Below are positions 29,430-39,289 of a stretch of 64,000 nucleotides of DNA, in pieces. Each line of letters starts with the position of its first letter. Within the stretch, counting starts at the first letter, position 1. The DNA comes from a virus, in the IMG/VR virus record IMGVR_UViG_3300030109_006161, positions 45,250 to 109,249 of that record. One strand, given 5' to 3'. The notes beneath the pieces were generated by a model. It did no database searches. It was not told the origin of the DNA and saw only the letters and a list, made by a program, of their open reading frames with translations. A program made the translations under genes and the position numbers.

Positions 29430-30035
29430 TTATGCTAATTCTTCGTAACTTTTTTCTACAAGTTTTTTGATTGTTTTTTCGATGCCCGGATTTACGAGTC
29501 GAGCATTGGGAAGAATATCGTGACGGATAATGCTTCTCATAAACTGTTTGTCTTCATTCGCTGGATCTACCAAGAAGGGAACTTCCTTCCTGTTACACCA
29601 ATCTTCTAGCGAGCGTTTAGGGGTGAGGATAAACGGTCTAATAACGTTTTGATTGCGGTACGGGATGATCTTTGCGAGTCCGTGAATAGAAGAGAATAAA
29701 TACCACTCTATCACGTCGTCTAAGTTATGACCTGTAATGACCGGCTCATCAAAGCTGTGAAGGAACTTATAACGCTCGTTCCGCCAATGCTCCTCAAGCG
29801 ACTCACCTGGCGGGCAACTATTAAAATTAACACCAACCACAAGATCAATATCACGATTTTCACAGAACTCCTTTACAAAACTTTTACACTTAGTTCCGAA
29901 AGAAGTACCGTGATCAAAGTAAGCTGCTGTTACGTTATGGTTATTCGAAAGAAAGTCTAAAATAGCCATAGAATCTGGACCGCCTGAAACGGCGACTGTA
30001 AGATCCCTTGGCAACTTTCCCAAAACCTTAAGCAT
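29430..30035 (-). CDS. tilS: tRNA(Ile)-lysidine synthetase, catalytic domain only
   Basis: AVSGGPDSM, DHG, R..RY.FL, TGHNLDD, IRP, DPAN; true start MLKVLG with SD AAGGAG just after the tRNA-Val CCA. Confidence 0.88.
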   Translation of the reverse strand: MLKVLGKLPRDLTVAVSGGPDSMAILDFLSNNHNVTAAYFDHGTSFGTKCKSFVKEFCENRDIDLVVGVNFNSCPPGESLEEHWRNERYKFLHSFDEPVITGHNLDDVIEWYLFSSIHGLAKIIPYRNQNVIRPFILTPKRSLEDWCNRKEVPFLVDPANEDKQFMRSIIRHDILPNARLVNPGIEKTIKKLVEKSYEELA

Positions 30036-30046
30036 AACAACTCCTT

Positions 30047-30121
30047 TGGTGCGCTCGGTAGGGTTTGAACCTACGACCCCTGCCGTGTAAAGGCAACGCT
30101 CTACCACTGAGCTACAAGCGC
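30047..30121 (-). tRNA. tRNA-Val(UAC)
   Basis: TTGCC-TT-TAC-AC-GGCAG; encoded CCA. Confidence 0.95.
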
Positions 30122-30126
30122 ATCTC

Positions 30127-30211
30127 TGAAGAGTTTTCGCCCAAGTACATCTGGGCTCCTATCCCATTTTGTATCTAACCCTACAATCCGTCTTCCACAC
30201 GCAACTCTTCA
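30127..30211 (-). ncRNA. Candidate structured RNA of unknown class
   Basis: Perfect 9-bp closing stem TGAAGAGTT/AACTCTTCA enclosing two hairpins. Confidence 0.4.
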
Positions 30212-30329
30212 AAGGTATGTGGGTACTGAAGGTAGGGACGCTGGCTCTTTGTGCTTCCTGCCAGATCGGTTCGGGTTTACCCCTAGCACTTATCTTCGTT
30301 TTGTGTTTTTCTTTTTCATTTTAGTTTCC

Positions 30330-30578
30330 TTAACCAAGCCTATCTAAAGTCCTTTTAAGATCACAAAGCACATAAACTGTCGTATCACCTGAAGTTTTAA
30401 TCTTTGTGATAGGCGGCTGGATGTAATTAATTGGACCGTAAAGGGCATTGTCGTTGATTTTTTCATTATCAATGACAGCTTCTTGTATGACCTCTACAGT
30501 ACATACATTGTCCGAACTAATCCAGATTGACCCTTCTGGTGTGGCTCTCATATTAGTTTTTTCAAACTCTACAAACAT
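30330..30578 (-). CDS. Hypothetical protein
   Basis: ORF track; start at MFVEFEK with SD AAGGAG. Confidence 0.6.
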   Translation of the reverse strand: MFVEFEKTNMRATPEGSIWISSDNVCTVEVIQEAVIDNEKINDNALYGPINYIQPPITKIKTSGDTTVYVLCDLKRTLDRLG

Positions 30579-30603
30579 ATCTTTCTCCTTAGTTAGTTTG
30601 TAT

Positions 30604-30918
30604 TTATAGTCCATAGACGCCGATGACGTCTTTCGCTTTGTCTTCAAGAATATTTCCACGAGGGAAGTTGCGAGCAGGTGCTTTCCAAGAAGCAGCCTTC
30701 CAAATCAAGCCGTCCTCTTTGCTGACGAAGAACCAAACACTTCGGTGGTACTTACCGCCATCTTGGTAAACCTTGTAGTATTTACCACCCGCTCTGACTT
30801 TGACCTCTGGGCGAGGCAACGTCGGGAACTTAGAATCGTAGTGATTATTAAGAAGCTCCGCACACTGGTCAAGGAAACCGTTCATGTGGAACTCAACTTC
30901 AGGATTAGCAATAGCCAT
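30604..30918 (-). CDS. Conserved phage protein (KY.KV...G.I.KAASWKAPA family)
   Basis: GKYYKV, SVWFFV, GLIWKAASWKAPA..RGNI; own early promoter. Confidence 0.7.
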   Translation of the reverse strand: MAIANPEVEFHMNGFLDQCAELLNNHYDSKFPTLPRPEVKVRAGGKYYKVYQDGGKYHRSVWFFVSKEDGLIWKAASWKAPARNFPRGNILEDKAKDVIGVYGL

Positions 30919-30941
30919 TTATCTCTCTCCCTTACAACACT

Positions 30942-30969
30942 ATAATACTATGGATTAGAGATAGGTCAA
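30942..30969 (-). promoter_or_regulatory. Early-type promoter
   Basis: TTGACC-16-TATTAT plus GTAAGGGAGA leader. Confidence 0.8.
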
Positions 30970-30974
30970 GTTTT

Positions 30975-31190
30975 TTATTTACTTTTTTTGTTTTTTTTGC
31001 TACGCATATACAGAAATTGTTCCTTCTGTAATTTTGCTTTTGTCTTCAATAGCTTTTCTTTGCTCTTTATCAGTAATTCTCGTTGCTTCTCTGCGTGCTT
31101 TGATCGCAGCCACACGATGAGCATCAAAGTTCCACCAGGCAAAAGCAGGGCTAATAGAATACCAACCAGTAGTGTAAATGCCGTTACCAC
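30975..31190 (-). CDS. Small membrane protein
   Basis: Hydrophobic N-terminus, basic tail. Confidence 0.5.
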   Translation of the reverse strand: MVTAFTLLVGILLALLLPGGTLMLIVWLRSKHAEKQRELLIKSKEKLLKTKAKLQKEQFLYMRSKKNKKSK

Positions 31191-31958
31191 TCATGATTTC
31201 CTCTGATATTGTTGTAAAGCGATGATAGTATCCTCAGGACTTTCTACGTCATAATATTTATTACACATTCTAGCAATGGTGTAATCATTACCTCCCGGTG
31301 TAATTTTATCTCCAAAGAAAATACAGTCTTGCGGGTTCTCTGTGATATTTTTGAAAGCGTAAGTTTTATCCCATTCTTTACGAGTGATATCAATAGAAAT
31401 TTGACCGCCTAAATTGAATACTAACCCCCACCCTTTAAATTCGTTACGAAGTTTTTCAGCAATCCTTTTTCTTTCAGAACTTTTCTTATCCCATCTGACA
31501 TAATTCTCTCTTTGATCTAGGCTACAGTTTCGACCAACTACTGAGAAATTTATTTGGCTTTCACGCCACTCGATAAAAGTACCTGTCTTAAACTGAGTGT
31601 GTGACTCACTAGCTAATTTCAATAAGTAAGAGACAATGTGATTTATATCTGCTTGCGAATAATGATCTAACAGGCTAATCTTGTGAACTAATTCAGGTTC
31701 TACCGGATGTGTTTCATCATCCATATCAAGTTTACAATTCCAAACCCTGGTACCATTACAAGAAAAAACTTTATCAAAATTAGAAAGTAAAAAATCTACA
31801 GGGATTTGCCTTTCTATTTTCTCCATATCAGATCCTGATACTAGGTATTTTTTGTATGCTGGTCTTATTTTAGATAATTCTACCATCATATCAGGTGAAA
31901 TATCTTGAGTGGCAGGTGTTAGCGTGCCATCCATGTCAAAAATCAATGCTTTACTCAT
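31191..31958 (-). CDS. Eukaryote-type phosphomannomutase (HAD IIB, PMM2/SEC53-like)
   Basis: FDMDGTLT, GSD, GTFIEWR..QINFS..GR, GGQISID, WDKTY, FFGDK..PGGND. Confidence 0.88.
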   Translation of the reverse strand: MSKALIFDMDGTLTPATQDISPDMMVELSKIRPAYKKYLVSGSDMEKIERQIPVDFLLSNFDKVFSCNGTRVWNCKLDMDDETHPVEPELVHKISLLDHYSQADINHIVSYLLKLASESHTQFKTGTFIEWRESQINFSVVGRNCSLDQRENYVRWDKKSSERKRIAEKLRNEFKGWGLVFNLGGQISIDITRKEWDKTYAFKNITENPQDCIFFGDKITPGGNDYTIARMCNKYYDVESPEDTIIALQQYQRKS

Positions 31959-32344
31959 AGTAAATCTCCGAAACTCCCTTGAGTTGAGTATATTGTCATA
32001 TCTTCTATATCAGCCGGCGGTACCATTAAGAAAAAAGTTAAGTCAAATTCAATTTCATTATCAATAAACATAGTGCTTTTCATATGAGAGTTTTGATCCA
32101 ATATATTCTTATAATACGATCCAGGTTTTGTATTTGGAAGATATAATACAGTATATATTATAACTTGTTGGTTGTCTACCTCATTATAGAAGCCATCCGT
32201 AATAATACCTAGAAGATCCCATTTAGAACTGCGAACGTAGGTTCCTTTTGGTACAGCATTTTCAGGATAGGGTGAAGTATCCGACTCAAAAACGTCTCGG
32301 ATAACATCACTAACACTATCAAGTATATCTTTTTTTAGAGACAT
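31955..32344 (-). CDS. Hypothetical protein
   Basis: ORF track. Confidence 0.55.
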   Translation of the reverse strand: MSLKKDILDSVSDVIRDVFESDTSPYPENAVPKGTYVRSSKWDLLGIITDGFYNEVDNQQVIIYTVLYLPNTKPGSYYKNILDQNSHMKSTMFIDNEIEFDLTFFLMVPPADIEDMTIYSTQGSFGDLL

Positions 32345-32580
32345 CAGTGTGTTGTTGAATTTACTTTAGTTACATCTTCAAGTGTTAGTTCAACAGTTGC
32401 TGCTGCTTTCATTAACACTGCTCTTTCTTCTTTGTTCAAAATCTCTAAAGAGTCTAAGGCAGCAAAGAACTCATAAGGTGTTACTGGAGGGTCATTGGAG
32501 ATGCCCTCTAATATATGAGCGGCTTTTTGCACCAACTGAAGTCCTTGGTTCAACATATCTTTATCCATTTGTCTATCCAT
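32344..32580 (-). CDS. Hypothetical protein
   Basis: ORF track. Confidence 0.55.
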   Translation of the reverse strand: MDRQMDKDMLNQGLQLVQKAAHILEGISNDPPVTPYEFFAALDSLEILNKEERAVLMKAAATVELTLEDVTKVNSTTH

Positions 32581-32608
32581 ACTATTTTATTACCTTCTGG
32601 TATAAATG

Positions 32609-33613
32609 TCAAGTTATAAACTCATAATCTAAAAGTTTTATTCTCTTACTTTGGTTTTCGGTCGATTCAGAACAAAGATCAGTTGATAAATACTTTTTGT
32701 TATCATCTGCAAAGACTGTCGCTACTGTTTTATCGCTACCAATCTTATGTGCTTTGAGAATAGCGGCAAAGAGGTTAGCACCTGAGGAAATACCCACCGA
32801 AAGACCCATCTTGTTCATTTGTCTAGCCATAATGATTGCATCTGAGTCCTTTACTCTTATGATTTTACCCAATTCATCTAAACTAAGTATTTCGGGAACA
32901 AAACTATCTCCAATTCCTTCAATTCTATGAGACCCATCAGTATTATTGTCCGGAAACACCGGAAATGCTTGAAAATGCTTATTTTTTTCACTAAAATAGC
33001 GAAAAACACCCATAATGGTGCCTCCAGTGCCGGCACCAGCCACAAAAGCAGACAAAGGACTAAACCCATTATTTTTTAGTGTTTTTTCAAGTTCTGGGGC
33101 GGTCGTTGCTAGGTGTGAAGCCGGATTATGAGAGTTTTTGAACTGTTGAGGACAAAAGAACCCTTTTTTTTGACTTTTCTCGTTAGCAATATCAATACAC
33201 CTTAGAAAACCGCCGTCTTCAACACTAATTTCATGTAATTTTGCTCCATAAAAGCGCAATAGACGCTTTCTTTCTTCAGAAAGCCAATTTGGCATGTATA
33301 TTTCTACTTTATGTCCCAAAAAAGCACCCATGGCAGCAAAAGCAATACCAGTATTGCCACTAGTAGCTTCAATTATCGTATCTGAGGGACTTAGAACCCC
33401 TAGTTGGTGTGAATTCTTAATAATTTGTAGAGCCATTCTGTCTTTTATACTGCCAGAATAGTTCCAAGCTTCATATTTTGCAAATATTTCAACAGTTTCT
33501 TCGTTTATTTCACAAAAAACCCGTATAACCGGTGTGTTACCTACAAAATTAGATAGAGTTTCTATAGATTTCAGGTACTTATCCAAGATATCCCTTTCTA
33601 ACTGTCTCTCCAC
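32609..33613 (-). CDS. cysK: PLP-dependent cysteine synthase family protein
   Basis: VGNTP, SGSIKDR, EATSGNTG, GAGTGGT, HRIEGIG, GISSGAN, KYLST. Confidence 0.88.
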   Translation of the reverse strand: MERQLERDILDKYLKSIETLSNFVGNTPVIRVFCEINEETVEIFAKYEAWNYSGSIKDRMALQIIKNSHQLGVLSPSDTIIEATSGNTGIAFAAMGAFLGHKVEIYMPNWLSEERKRLLRFYGAKLHEISVEDGGFLRCIDIANEKSQKKGFFCPQQFKNSHNPASHLATTAPELEKTLKNNGFSPLSAFVAGAGTGGTIMGVFRYFSEKNKHFQAFPVFPDNNTDGSHRIEGIGDSFVPEILSLDELGKIIRVKDSDAIIMARQMNKMGLSVGISSGANLFAAILKAHKIGSDKTVATVFADDNKKYLSTDLCSESTENQSKRIKLLDYEFIT

Positions 33614-35541
33614 AGGTTATTAGATGCAAACTTAATGACTTCTTCTGCTGATTCTTCATTGTATCCATATTCTTCTATTAGAGTTTGTACCATTTCATTG
33701 TATTTACCTTGTTGCTTCTTATCTCTGCTTTTTGATTTGGTTACAATTCGTGATATATCTCTAACTGAGGCTGTTAATTTATTTTCAATAGCTTCCTTTA
33801 GCGGTGCATAACTTTGCCACGCAACTTTCTCGCCCCTTCTAAGCCGAGAAAACATATATGAAGTGATATCTACTCTGAAATTATCTCTTGCAGTACCAAC
33901 AATGCCAATTTGTTCTTCAATTGAAGCCATGAATCCTTCATCTGGCTGTATCTCTTCGTTTGTTACACCATCTTTTACAGTAGTCATATTAACATATGCC
34001 TCAGCATGATCCAAGTAATTATTAAACAAGGATTCTGCCTGTTCATCATAAGCTGAAACAAATGCTTTTGTAATTTCTTTTTCCAGTATATTAAGATATT
34101 CGTCATGTAGTGTTTTACCTAAGAAGTTCAGGTATCTATTTCTATCGTCCTCTACTACAATTTGATCTTTTACTTGTTTTATGAGCGCATCTCTAATCGA
34201 TATTGGGGTTACCATATTCTTATCACTATCAGACATCGCTGCATCAATAGCTTTCATAATAAATCTTGTAGATATACCTGTCATACCTTCGTCTCGTGCT
34301 TCATCCCGTAAGTCATTTATATCAATCTTCTTTACATGACCTTTTTCTATGACGTCTTTACCATTATAGATTTTCATCTTTGTCATAGGGTCCACTTTAT
34401 TTGATGGGTGTAATCTACTTAGAACTGCAAACATGGATGCTACCTCTAATGTATGAGGTGCAATGTGTCCATCAAAATCCGATAAACCCAAAAGCTTCTC
34501 GTAGATCTTTTGTTCTTCTGTGTATTCAAGACTGTATGGAACATTAACCCTAACAATACGGTCTAAAATAGCTTCATTAGTATTTTCTGATTTAAACTTG
34601 TTCCACTCTGCTTCATTGCAGTGTGCTAAAATAACACCATCAAAATAAATCATTGGTCCCTTACCTGGGGAGGGTACGGCTTTTTCCTGAGTTGCTGTAA
34701 TCATGGTGTGAAGAAACTCAATCTCGTTTTTAAACACCTCGACAAACTCAACGATACCACGGTTACCGACATTAAAGGCACCATTCAAGGATAAAACCCT
34801 AGGGTCATCCTCTGAGTATAAATCTAGTTTGGAAATATCTTCACTGCCAATAAGGATTGTAACGTCTTGACTATTAGCATCCATTGGAGGCACGACACCA
34901 ACACCCCTTCGCCCTCTAACTGAGAAAGATGATTGTGTTATTGGTACAGACATATAATCATTATTGTATTTTTCTTTTAAATTGTGCCGGCACACCGGAC
35001 ATAAATCACCTTCAATCTTTATTCCATATATCTCTTGAAATTTATCTCGCAAAGAACGAGGGATCAGGTGAAGTGGTTCCTCTCTTATGGGGCAGCCTTC
35101 AATATGATGCATTGGTTCACAATCTTCTAGAGCCCCTTTTATTCTTTCTAATAGAGCAGATTTACCTGCCCCGACAGGTCCCAGGAGTAGAAGTACCTGA
35201 CGGCTTTCCTCTCCTTTAAGAGACGCTGAACGGAGAAACCTCATGATCTTAGCTAGAGAACGCTCCATGCCAAAGAAATTGCTTTGAAAATAATTGTAGG
35301 TTCTAATTTCTTCCCCACCAAAAAGCTTATGACAACGATCATCCGACTTGGACATTCGTGTTATGCCATGTGATGTGATCGTATCATACAAACGTTTGTG
35401 AGATAGTTTAGTAATTGTAGAGTCTGCCTCTAACAATTCAATATATTCTTTTAGCGTTCCTTCAAACTTTTTAGGTTTTTTACTTTCTTTGTGTTTACCA
35501 ACCAGTTTAAGAAATTTATCAGACTTGTTTTCTTTTGGCAT
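33598..35541 (-). CDS. prkA: PrkA/YeaG AAA+ protein (annotated Ser kinase)
   Basis: FFGME, GPVGAGKS, NRGIVEFVEVFK, AHCNEAEW, NEAILDR, EGMTGISTRF. Confidence 0.93.
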   Translation of the reverse strand: MPKENKSDKFLKLVGKHKESKKPKKFEGTLKEYIELLEADSTITKLSHKRLYDTITSHGITRMSKSDDRCHKLFGGEEIRTYNYFQSNFFGMERSLAKIMRFLRSASLKGEESRQVLLLLGPVGAGKSALLERIKGALEDCEPMHHIEGCPIREEPLHLIPRSLRDKFQEIYGIKIEGDLCPVCRHNLKEKYNNDYMSVPITQSSFSVRGRRGVGVVPPMDANSQDVTILIGSEDISKLDLYSEDDPRVLSLNGAFNVGNRGIVEFVEVFKNEIEFLHTMITATQEKAVPSPGKGPMIYFDGVILAHCNEAEWNKFKSENTNEAILDRIVRVNVPYSLEYTEEQKIYEKLLGLSDFDGHIAPHTLEVASMFAVLSRLHPSNKVDPMTKMKIYNGKDVIEKGHVKKIDINDLRDEARDEGMTGISTRFIMKAIDAAMSDSDKNMVTPISIRDALIKQVKDQIVVEDDRNRYLNFLGKTLHDEYLNILEKEITKAFVSAYDEQAESLFNNYLDHAEAYVNMTTVKDGVTNEEIQPDEGFMASIEEQIGIVGTARDNFRVDITSYMFSRLRRGEKVAWQSYAPLKEAIENKLTASVRDISRIVTKSKSRDKKQQGKYNEMVQTLIEEYGYNEESAEEVIKFASNNLWRDS

Positions 35542-35546
35542 GTTTT

Positions 35547-36863
35547 TTAAAACTCCCATATTTCATCTTCAATTATGGTAGTGAATTTTACCCCACCAGT
35601 CCACAGTTCGTTAATCTGTCCGAAAACTTTATTAGCTTCAGACAATTCTAAATCTCGACCATCGTGTTCATGATGTAGGACCAATGTGCCATCTTGTAAC
35701 ATTTCCTCAACATACACCACTGGTGATGAATTAAGACCTATATTTTTAATTAGGTCGTCACGAATAGTTCTCCACCGTTCTCCGCCAGAAACATCGGTTA
35801 CTCGATGCACTCCATCTTTTTTATCAAACGCAAAACTGAATAAATTCAATTCATTACACAATTCTTCATCCAAATATTTTTTAATGAACGTTTCATCGGA
35901 ATGTGATTCTCTAGCTATAAGACATGCATCAAAACCTATCTTATCTTCAATATGTCTAAATATCTTGTACCCTAAGTGATAAGGGTTCACTCTTCCCAAG
36001 TGCGGTCTTATTACTTGGTTGTGTAATCTTATGAAAGCTAAATTATATTCTGTTGGTAAATCTAGCATATTCATTATTTTCTCGTGTATTAAAACAGCCC
36101 AACCCTCGTTCATAATTTTAGTTTTTGCTTGAGGTATAAAATACAAAGAGTTTTGTTCTACAATGTGAATAACATCTTTTTGCCAATCCGCTAAATATTT
36201 GTTGTTATTTCTTATAAATCCAAGTAAATTATAATCTGGCTCCAAAGGAATTTTATTTAGATTAAAATTATCATATTTGCCAGTTTTATCATTGGAGATT
36301 AGTTTTCTATAATACTCTTTCAAACTTTTTGGATCTCTTCTTTTCAACCCTGGACTTCTGGGTACTTGATATCTAATTGTGTGACAAGCATCAAGAATCC
36401 GCTCGACTGCATCGATTCCAATATGTGGATCTTCCATATATTTCTTGATACGCTTACCAGCAGACTTAAACCGGTCAATAACATTGTCTGCATCAGTATC
36501 AACGAACATCCTATTGTTCTTGAAAAAATCACTATGACCTACACAATGTGACATTGTAAGTAGATGAGTTGACATTGGGTTCTCTGTCATAAGGTAAGCA
36601 ATACTGGGGTTAGAATTTATAATCATTTCGTAAGGAAGACCCTGCATTCCTAAATTATATTCTGTCTGGATCCGATCAAATGATTTACCAAAAGACCAGT
36701 GCCGGTAATGAGTTGGCATTCCAGTATAAGCCATATGACCCATCATTTCTTTATAGTCGCAGATTTCATAATCAATGGGGTACCATTCTAAGCCAAGTTC
36801 TTCACCTAGCTTACAGATTTTATTATCCCACATTTGTAATTCACTCATACTCCACTCAGCCAC
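35547..36863 (-). CDS. spoVR: SpoVR/YcgB family protein
   Basis: GMPTHYRHWSFGK, YEMIINSNP, HCVGHSDFFKNN, YFIPQ.KTKIMNEGWA, NPYHLG. Confidence 0.93.
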   Translation of the reverse strand: MAEWSMSELQMWDNKICKLGEELGLEWYPIDYEICDYKEMMGHMAYTGMPTHYRHWSFGKSFDRIQTEYNLGMQGLPYEMIINSNPSIAYLMTENPMSTHLLTMSHCVGHSDFFKNNRMFVDTDADNVIDRFKSAGKRIKKYMEDPHIGIDAVERILDACHTIRYQVPRSPGLKRRDPKSLKEYYRKLISNDKTGKYDNFNLNKIPLEPDYNLLGFIRNNNKYLADWQKDVIHIVEQNSLYFIPQAKTKIMNEGWAVLIHEKIMNMLDLPTEYNLAFIRLHNQVIRPHLGRVNPYHLGYKIFRHIEDKIGFDACLIARESHSDETFIKKYLDEELCNELNLFSFAFDKKDGVHRVTDVSGGERWRTIRDDLIKNIGLNSSPVVYVEEMLQDGTLVLHHEHDGRDLELSEANKVFGQINELWTGGVKFTTIIEDEIWEF

Positions 36864-38049
36864 TTAATATACCTCCGAACAATTTCCTAAAAGATTTCCA
36901 AATGTCCTTGTGAGTAACAAGTCTCACTTTCTTGAAGTGTTTATCTTCTAGAGGTTTTATCTTGTCCCACAATCCTTCACCTGTAAAGGAAGCAAAAAAA
37001 GATAAAGAATCTCTATGGGACCTTTCTTCACCTATCTCTGTGTAACAAATCAACTGATTAATTTCTTTCAATTTCCGAAACAAAGATATACTCTCTTCAT
37101 TGTCAGAGGGCCAGTTCTCTCCATCACCACAATAAAATGTATATATATTCCAATTGTTTGGGTGATATCTTTTCTCAGTTATTTCTAATACTTTTCCTAA
37201 ACCGGAAGACGCCATAGTGCCACCGCCTGTAGCCCGAGTAAAAAACTGTTCTTCGTTTACTTCGTGAGCATCAGTTGTATGAGAGACAAAAACAACATCT
37301 ACAGAAGAATACCTATGATTTATAAATTGATACAGAAGAAAGAAAAAACTTCTAGCTAGGTATTTTTTCGATTTGTTCATTGATCCTGAAACATCCATTA
37401 CAAAAAATATAACTGCGGTAGTATTGTCTTTTTGAACTGGTGCTATGTGTTTGTATCTTAGGTCACTGTCATGAAATGGAAACCTGTCGTCTGAGTCAGG
37501 ATCATGTGTGCCAGCCTTTATTGCTGCTTTCTTTCTTTTTATTTTTTGCTTTATGGTTTCTTTTTTAGATAACCGAGGACGAATACCATAAGGGCGTTTT
37601 CCTTTTCGCTTCATCCTTTCTTCGGCTATGAACTTAAATCTTTTCTTTTCTAACTCTGGCAACTCAAGATCGGCAAAAAGATATTCTGCCAATTCTTCCA
37701 AAGACATCTCTATCTCATACATCTCCTCCCCAGGTTTATCACCTGGTTTGTTCCCTTGACTACCGTCCTGTCTTTGACGCTTACCAATCCTTTGTCCTTG
37801 TTGTACTTTTTTACCCTGCGCTGAACCTACACGTTTATTTTTTTCGTTGTTGCCATAAACGAACTGGTGCTCTTTGATACCTCTTACTGGTATCCTGACT
37901 TTCTTTTTTCCGTTTTGCCCGATAATGCTTTCTTCGGCTACAACATCTTTGATGCTGTCTTTTATGGCTCTCTCTATTTTTTCTCGATGCCTGGTTCGAT
38001 CACCAGCCGCACGGTCAGCAATTGTTTTATGTTCTCTGAAAGTACTCAT
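36856..38049 (-). CDS. yeaH: YeaH/YhbH (DUF444) vWA-like protein
   Basis: DR.RH, LELPEL, F.DSDLRY, MDVSGSM, GGTMASS, WNIY.F...DGENW. Confidence 0.92.
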   Translation of the reverse strand: MSTFREHKTIADRAAGDRTRHREKIERAIKDSIKDVVAEESIIGQNGKKKVRIPVRGIKEHQFVYGNNEKNKRVGSAQGKKVQQGQRIGKRQRQDGSQGNKPGDKPGEEMYEIEMSLEELAEYLFADLELPELEKKRFKFIAEERMKRKGKRPYGIRPRLSKKETIKQKIKRKKAAIKAGTHDPDSDDRFPFHDSDLRYKHIAPVQKDNTTAVIFFVMDVSGSMNKSKKYLARSFFFLLYQFINHRYSSVDVVFVSHTTDAHEVNEEQFFTRATGGGTMASSGLGKVLEITEKRYHPNNWNIYTFYCGDGENWPSDNEESISLFRKLKEINQLICYTEIGEERSHRDSLSFFASFTGEGLWDKIKPLEDKHFKKVRLVTHKDIWKSFRKLFGGILSG

Positions 38050-38074
38050 ATAGTAAGTAGTTTCGGAACGAAGG

Positions 38075-39244
38075 TTATTTTACAGTTACTGTTATTGTAT
38101 CGTCTTTGGCAGGCGTAAGTTCTGTAATTGCTATTGTATGAGAATTGCCGTCCAAATCTTTTATGATCACCAGTCCAGGTTCGGCTGATCCTGGCTTTGC
38201 TCTATAGGTGGTATCATCCATAATATATCCCTTATTGGATACTCTTTCATAATCAACTTTTTCACGACCGCTCGCTGTCTTCTTGACTACTTTTTCCAAA
38301 GTATTCCAAGTTACGGGCATACCTTTTTTAAAGTCTTTTTCCATGCGGAAAGATTCTTGGATACGTCCTGTTCTTCTGAGACTCTCAGTAACGACCTTAC
38401 GAATCAAACTCTCTGTGATTTCTAACCCTTCCTTTCGGTTGGCTGCTGCTTCTTCGGGAGCATTCCAATCAACTGTTCCGCCAGCAAGTGCTTTTGAGCT
38501 AGCTGCTACCTGTCCCTTGTCCGCATCAATTATAGGCATATCTGGTCTTTCTGGAGCCCAGTTAGGGAGTTTGAAACTTACTTTTCCTAAATTGGTTACC
38601 ATTTTAGCAACGGCTGCATCTACTGCTTCTTGTCCTTCTTTCCCTGTGAATTTTTTCAAGACGTCCATAACATCATCGGGGCTCAAAGACCAGACACCAG
38701 CTTTGACGTAAGCCATCAATTGGCTCTTTATTTTCTCAGGTACAAATTGATCAAAGCCACCTGTAGCAGGGTTTCCTTGATCAACACCAAACAGACCTTT
38801 AGACATAGTATTCAGTATGGCTACTAATTCTTTCCCTGGGTAGTCTACCAAGAGACCACCTACTTTTAGATTCGGATCGATCATTGCAGATGCAACCCAT
38901 CGATGGTGACCGTCCATAATAAACCCATCTTTACTAATCAATGCATTCAAGTTTCCGCCAGGTTGTAGATCTTTGTTTTTAGGGCTCAACATATTTATTA
39001 CAAAAGCCATAGCCTTTTTGATATTCATACTTGATTGAGATGGTTTTAGTTTTTGAACAGAGGTGATGCCCTCGGGTTTGTTTTTTACTCCGATGACGTC
39101 ATCTTTTGGGTCACCGTCTTTCAAACCTGATGTAGCAATCTTCTTGGCTATCTCTGGATTAACATCTGATAGCTTGAGTGGTGTTCTTTTTGCGTCGATC
39201 TTCTCAAGCACAAGTTTTCGAATTTGGTCTTTTGTAATTTTCAT
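38075..39244 (-). CDS. ParB/Srx-like domain protein with putative capsid-targeting motifs
   Basis: LKPSQ, ISKDGFIMDGHHRW; MKITKDQIRKLVLE N-terminus. Confidence 0.7.
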   Translation of the reverse strand: MKITKDQIRKLVLEKIDAKRTPLKLSDVNPEIAKKIATSGLKDGDPKDDVIGVKNKPEGITSVQKLKPSQSSMNIKKAMAFVINMLSPKNKDLQPGGNLNALISKDGFIMDGHHRWVASAMIDPNLKVGGLLVDYPGKELVAILNTMSKGLFGVDQGNPATGGFDQFVPEKIKSQLMAYVKAGVWSLSPDDVMDVLKKFTGKEGQEAVDAAVAKMVTNLGKVSFKLPNWAPERPDMPIIDADKGQVAASSKALAGGTVDWNAPEEAAANRKEGLEITESLIRKVVTESLRRTGRIQESFRMEKDFKKGMPVTWNTLEKVVKKTASGREKVDYERVSNKGYIMDDTTYRAKPGSAEPGLVIIKDLDGNSHTIAITELTPAKDDTITVTVK

Positions 39245-39289
39245 TTGTTATGAGTTCCTTGAGGGATATAAAAATGTATTATAAATAGT

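Noticed and set aside
30036-30107. N-terminal extension of TilS in the ORF track
   Set aside because: It is the tRNA-Val sequence read in frame; the true start is 30035
30127-30290. Hammerhead ribozyme or SRP RNA identity for the structured element
   Set aside because: No CUGANGA core and no SRP domain IV consensus
4287-31958. Eukaryotic giant-virus origin suggested by GT15 and PMM
   Set aside because: tmRNA, TilS, SD sites, sigma70 promoters and intrinsic terminators indicate a bacterial host
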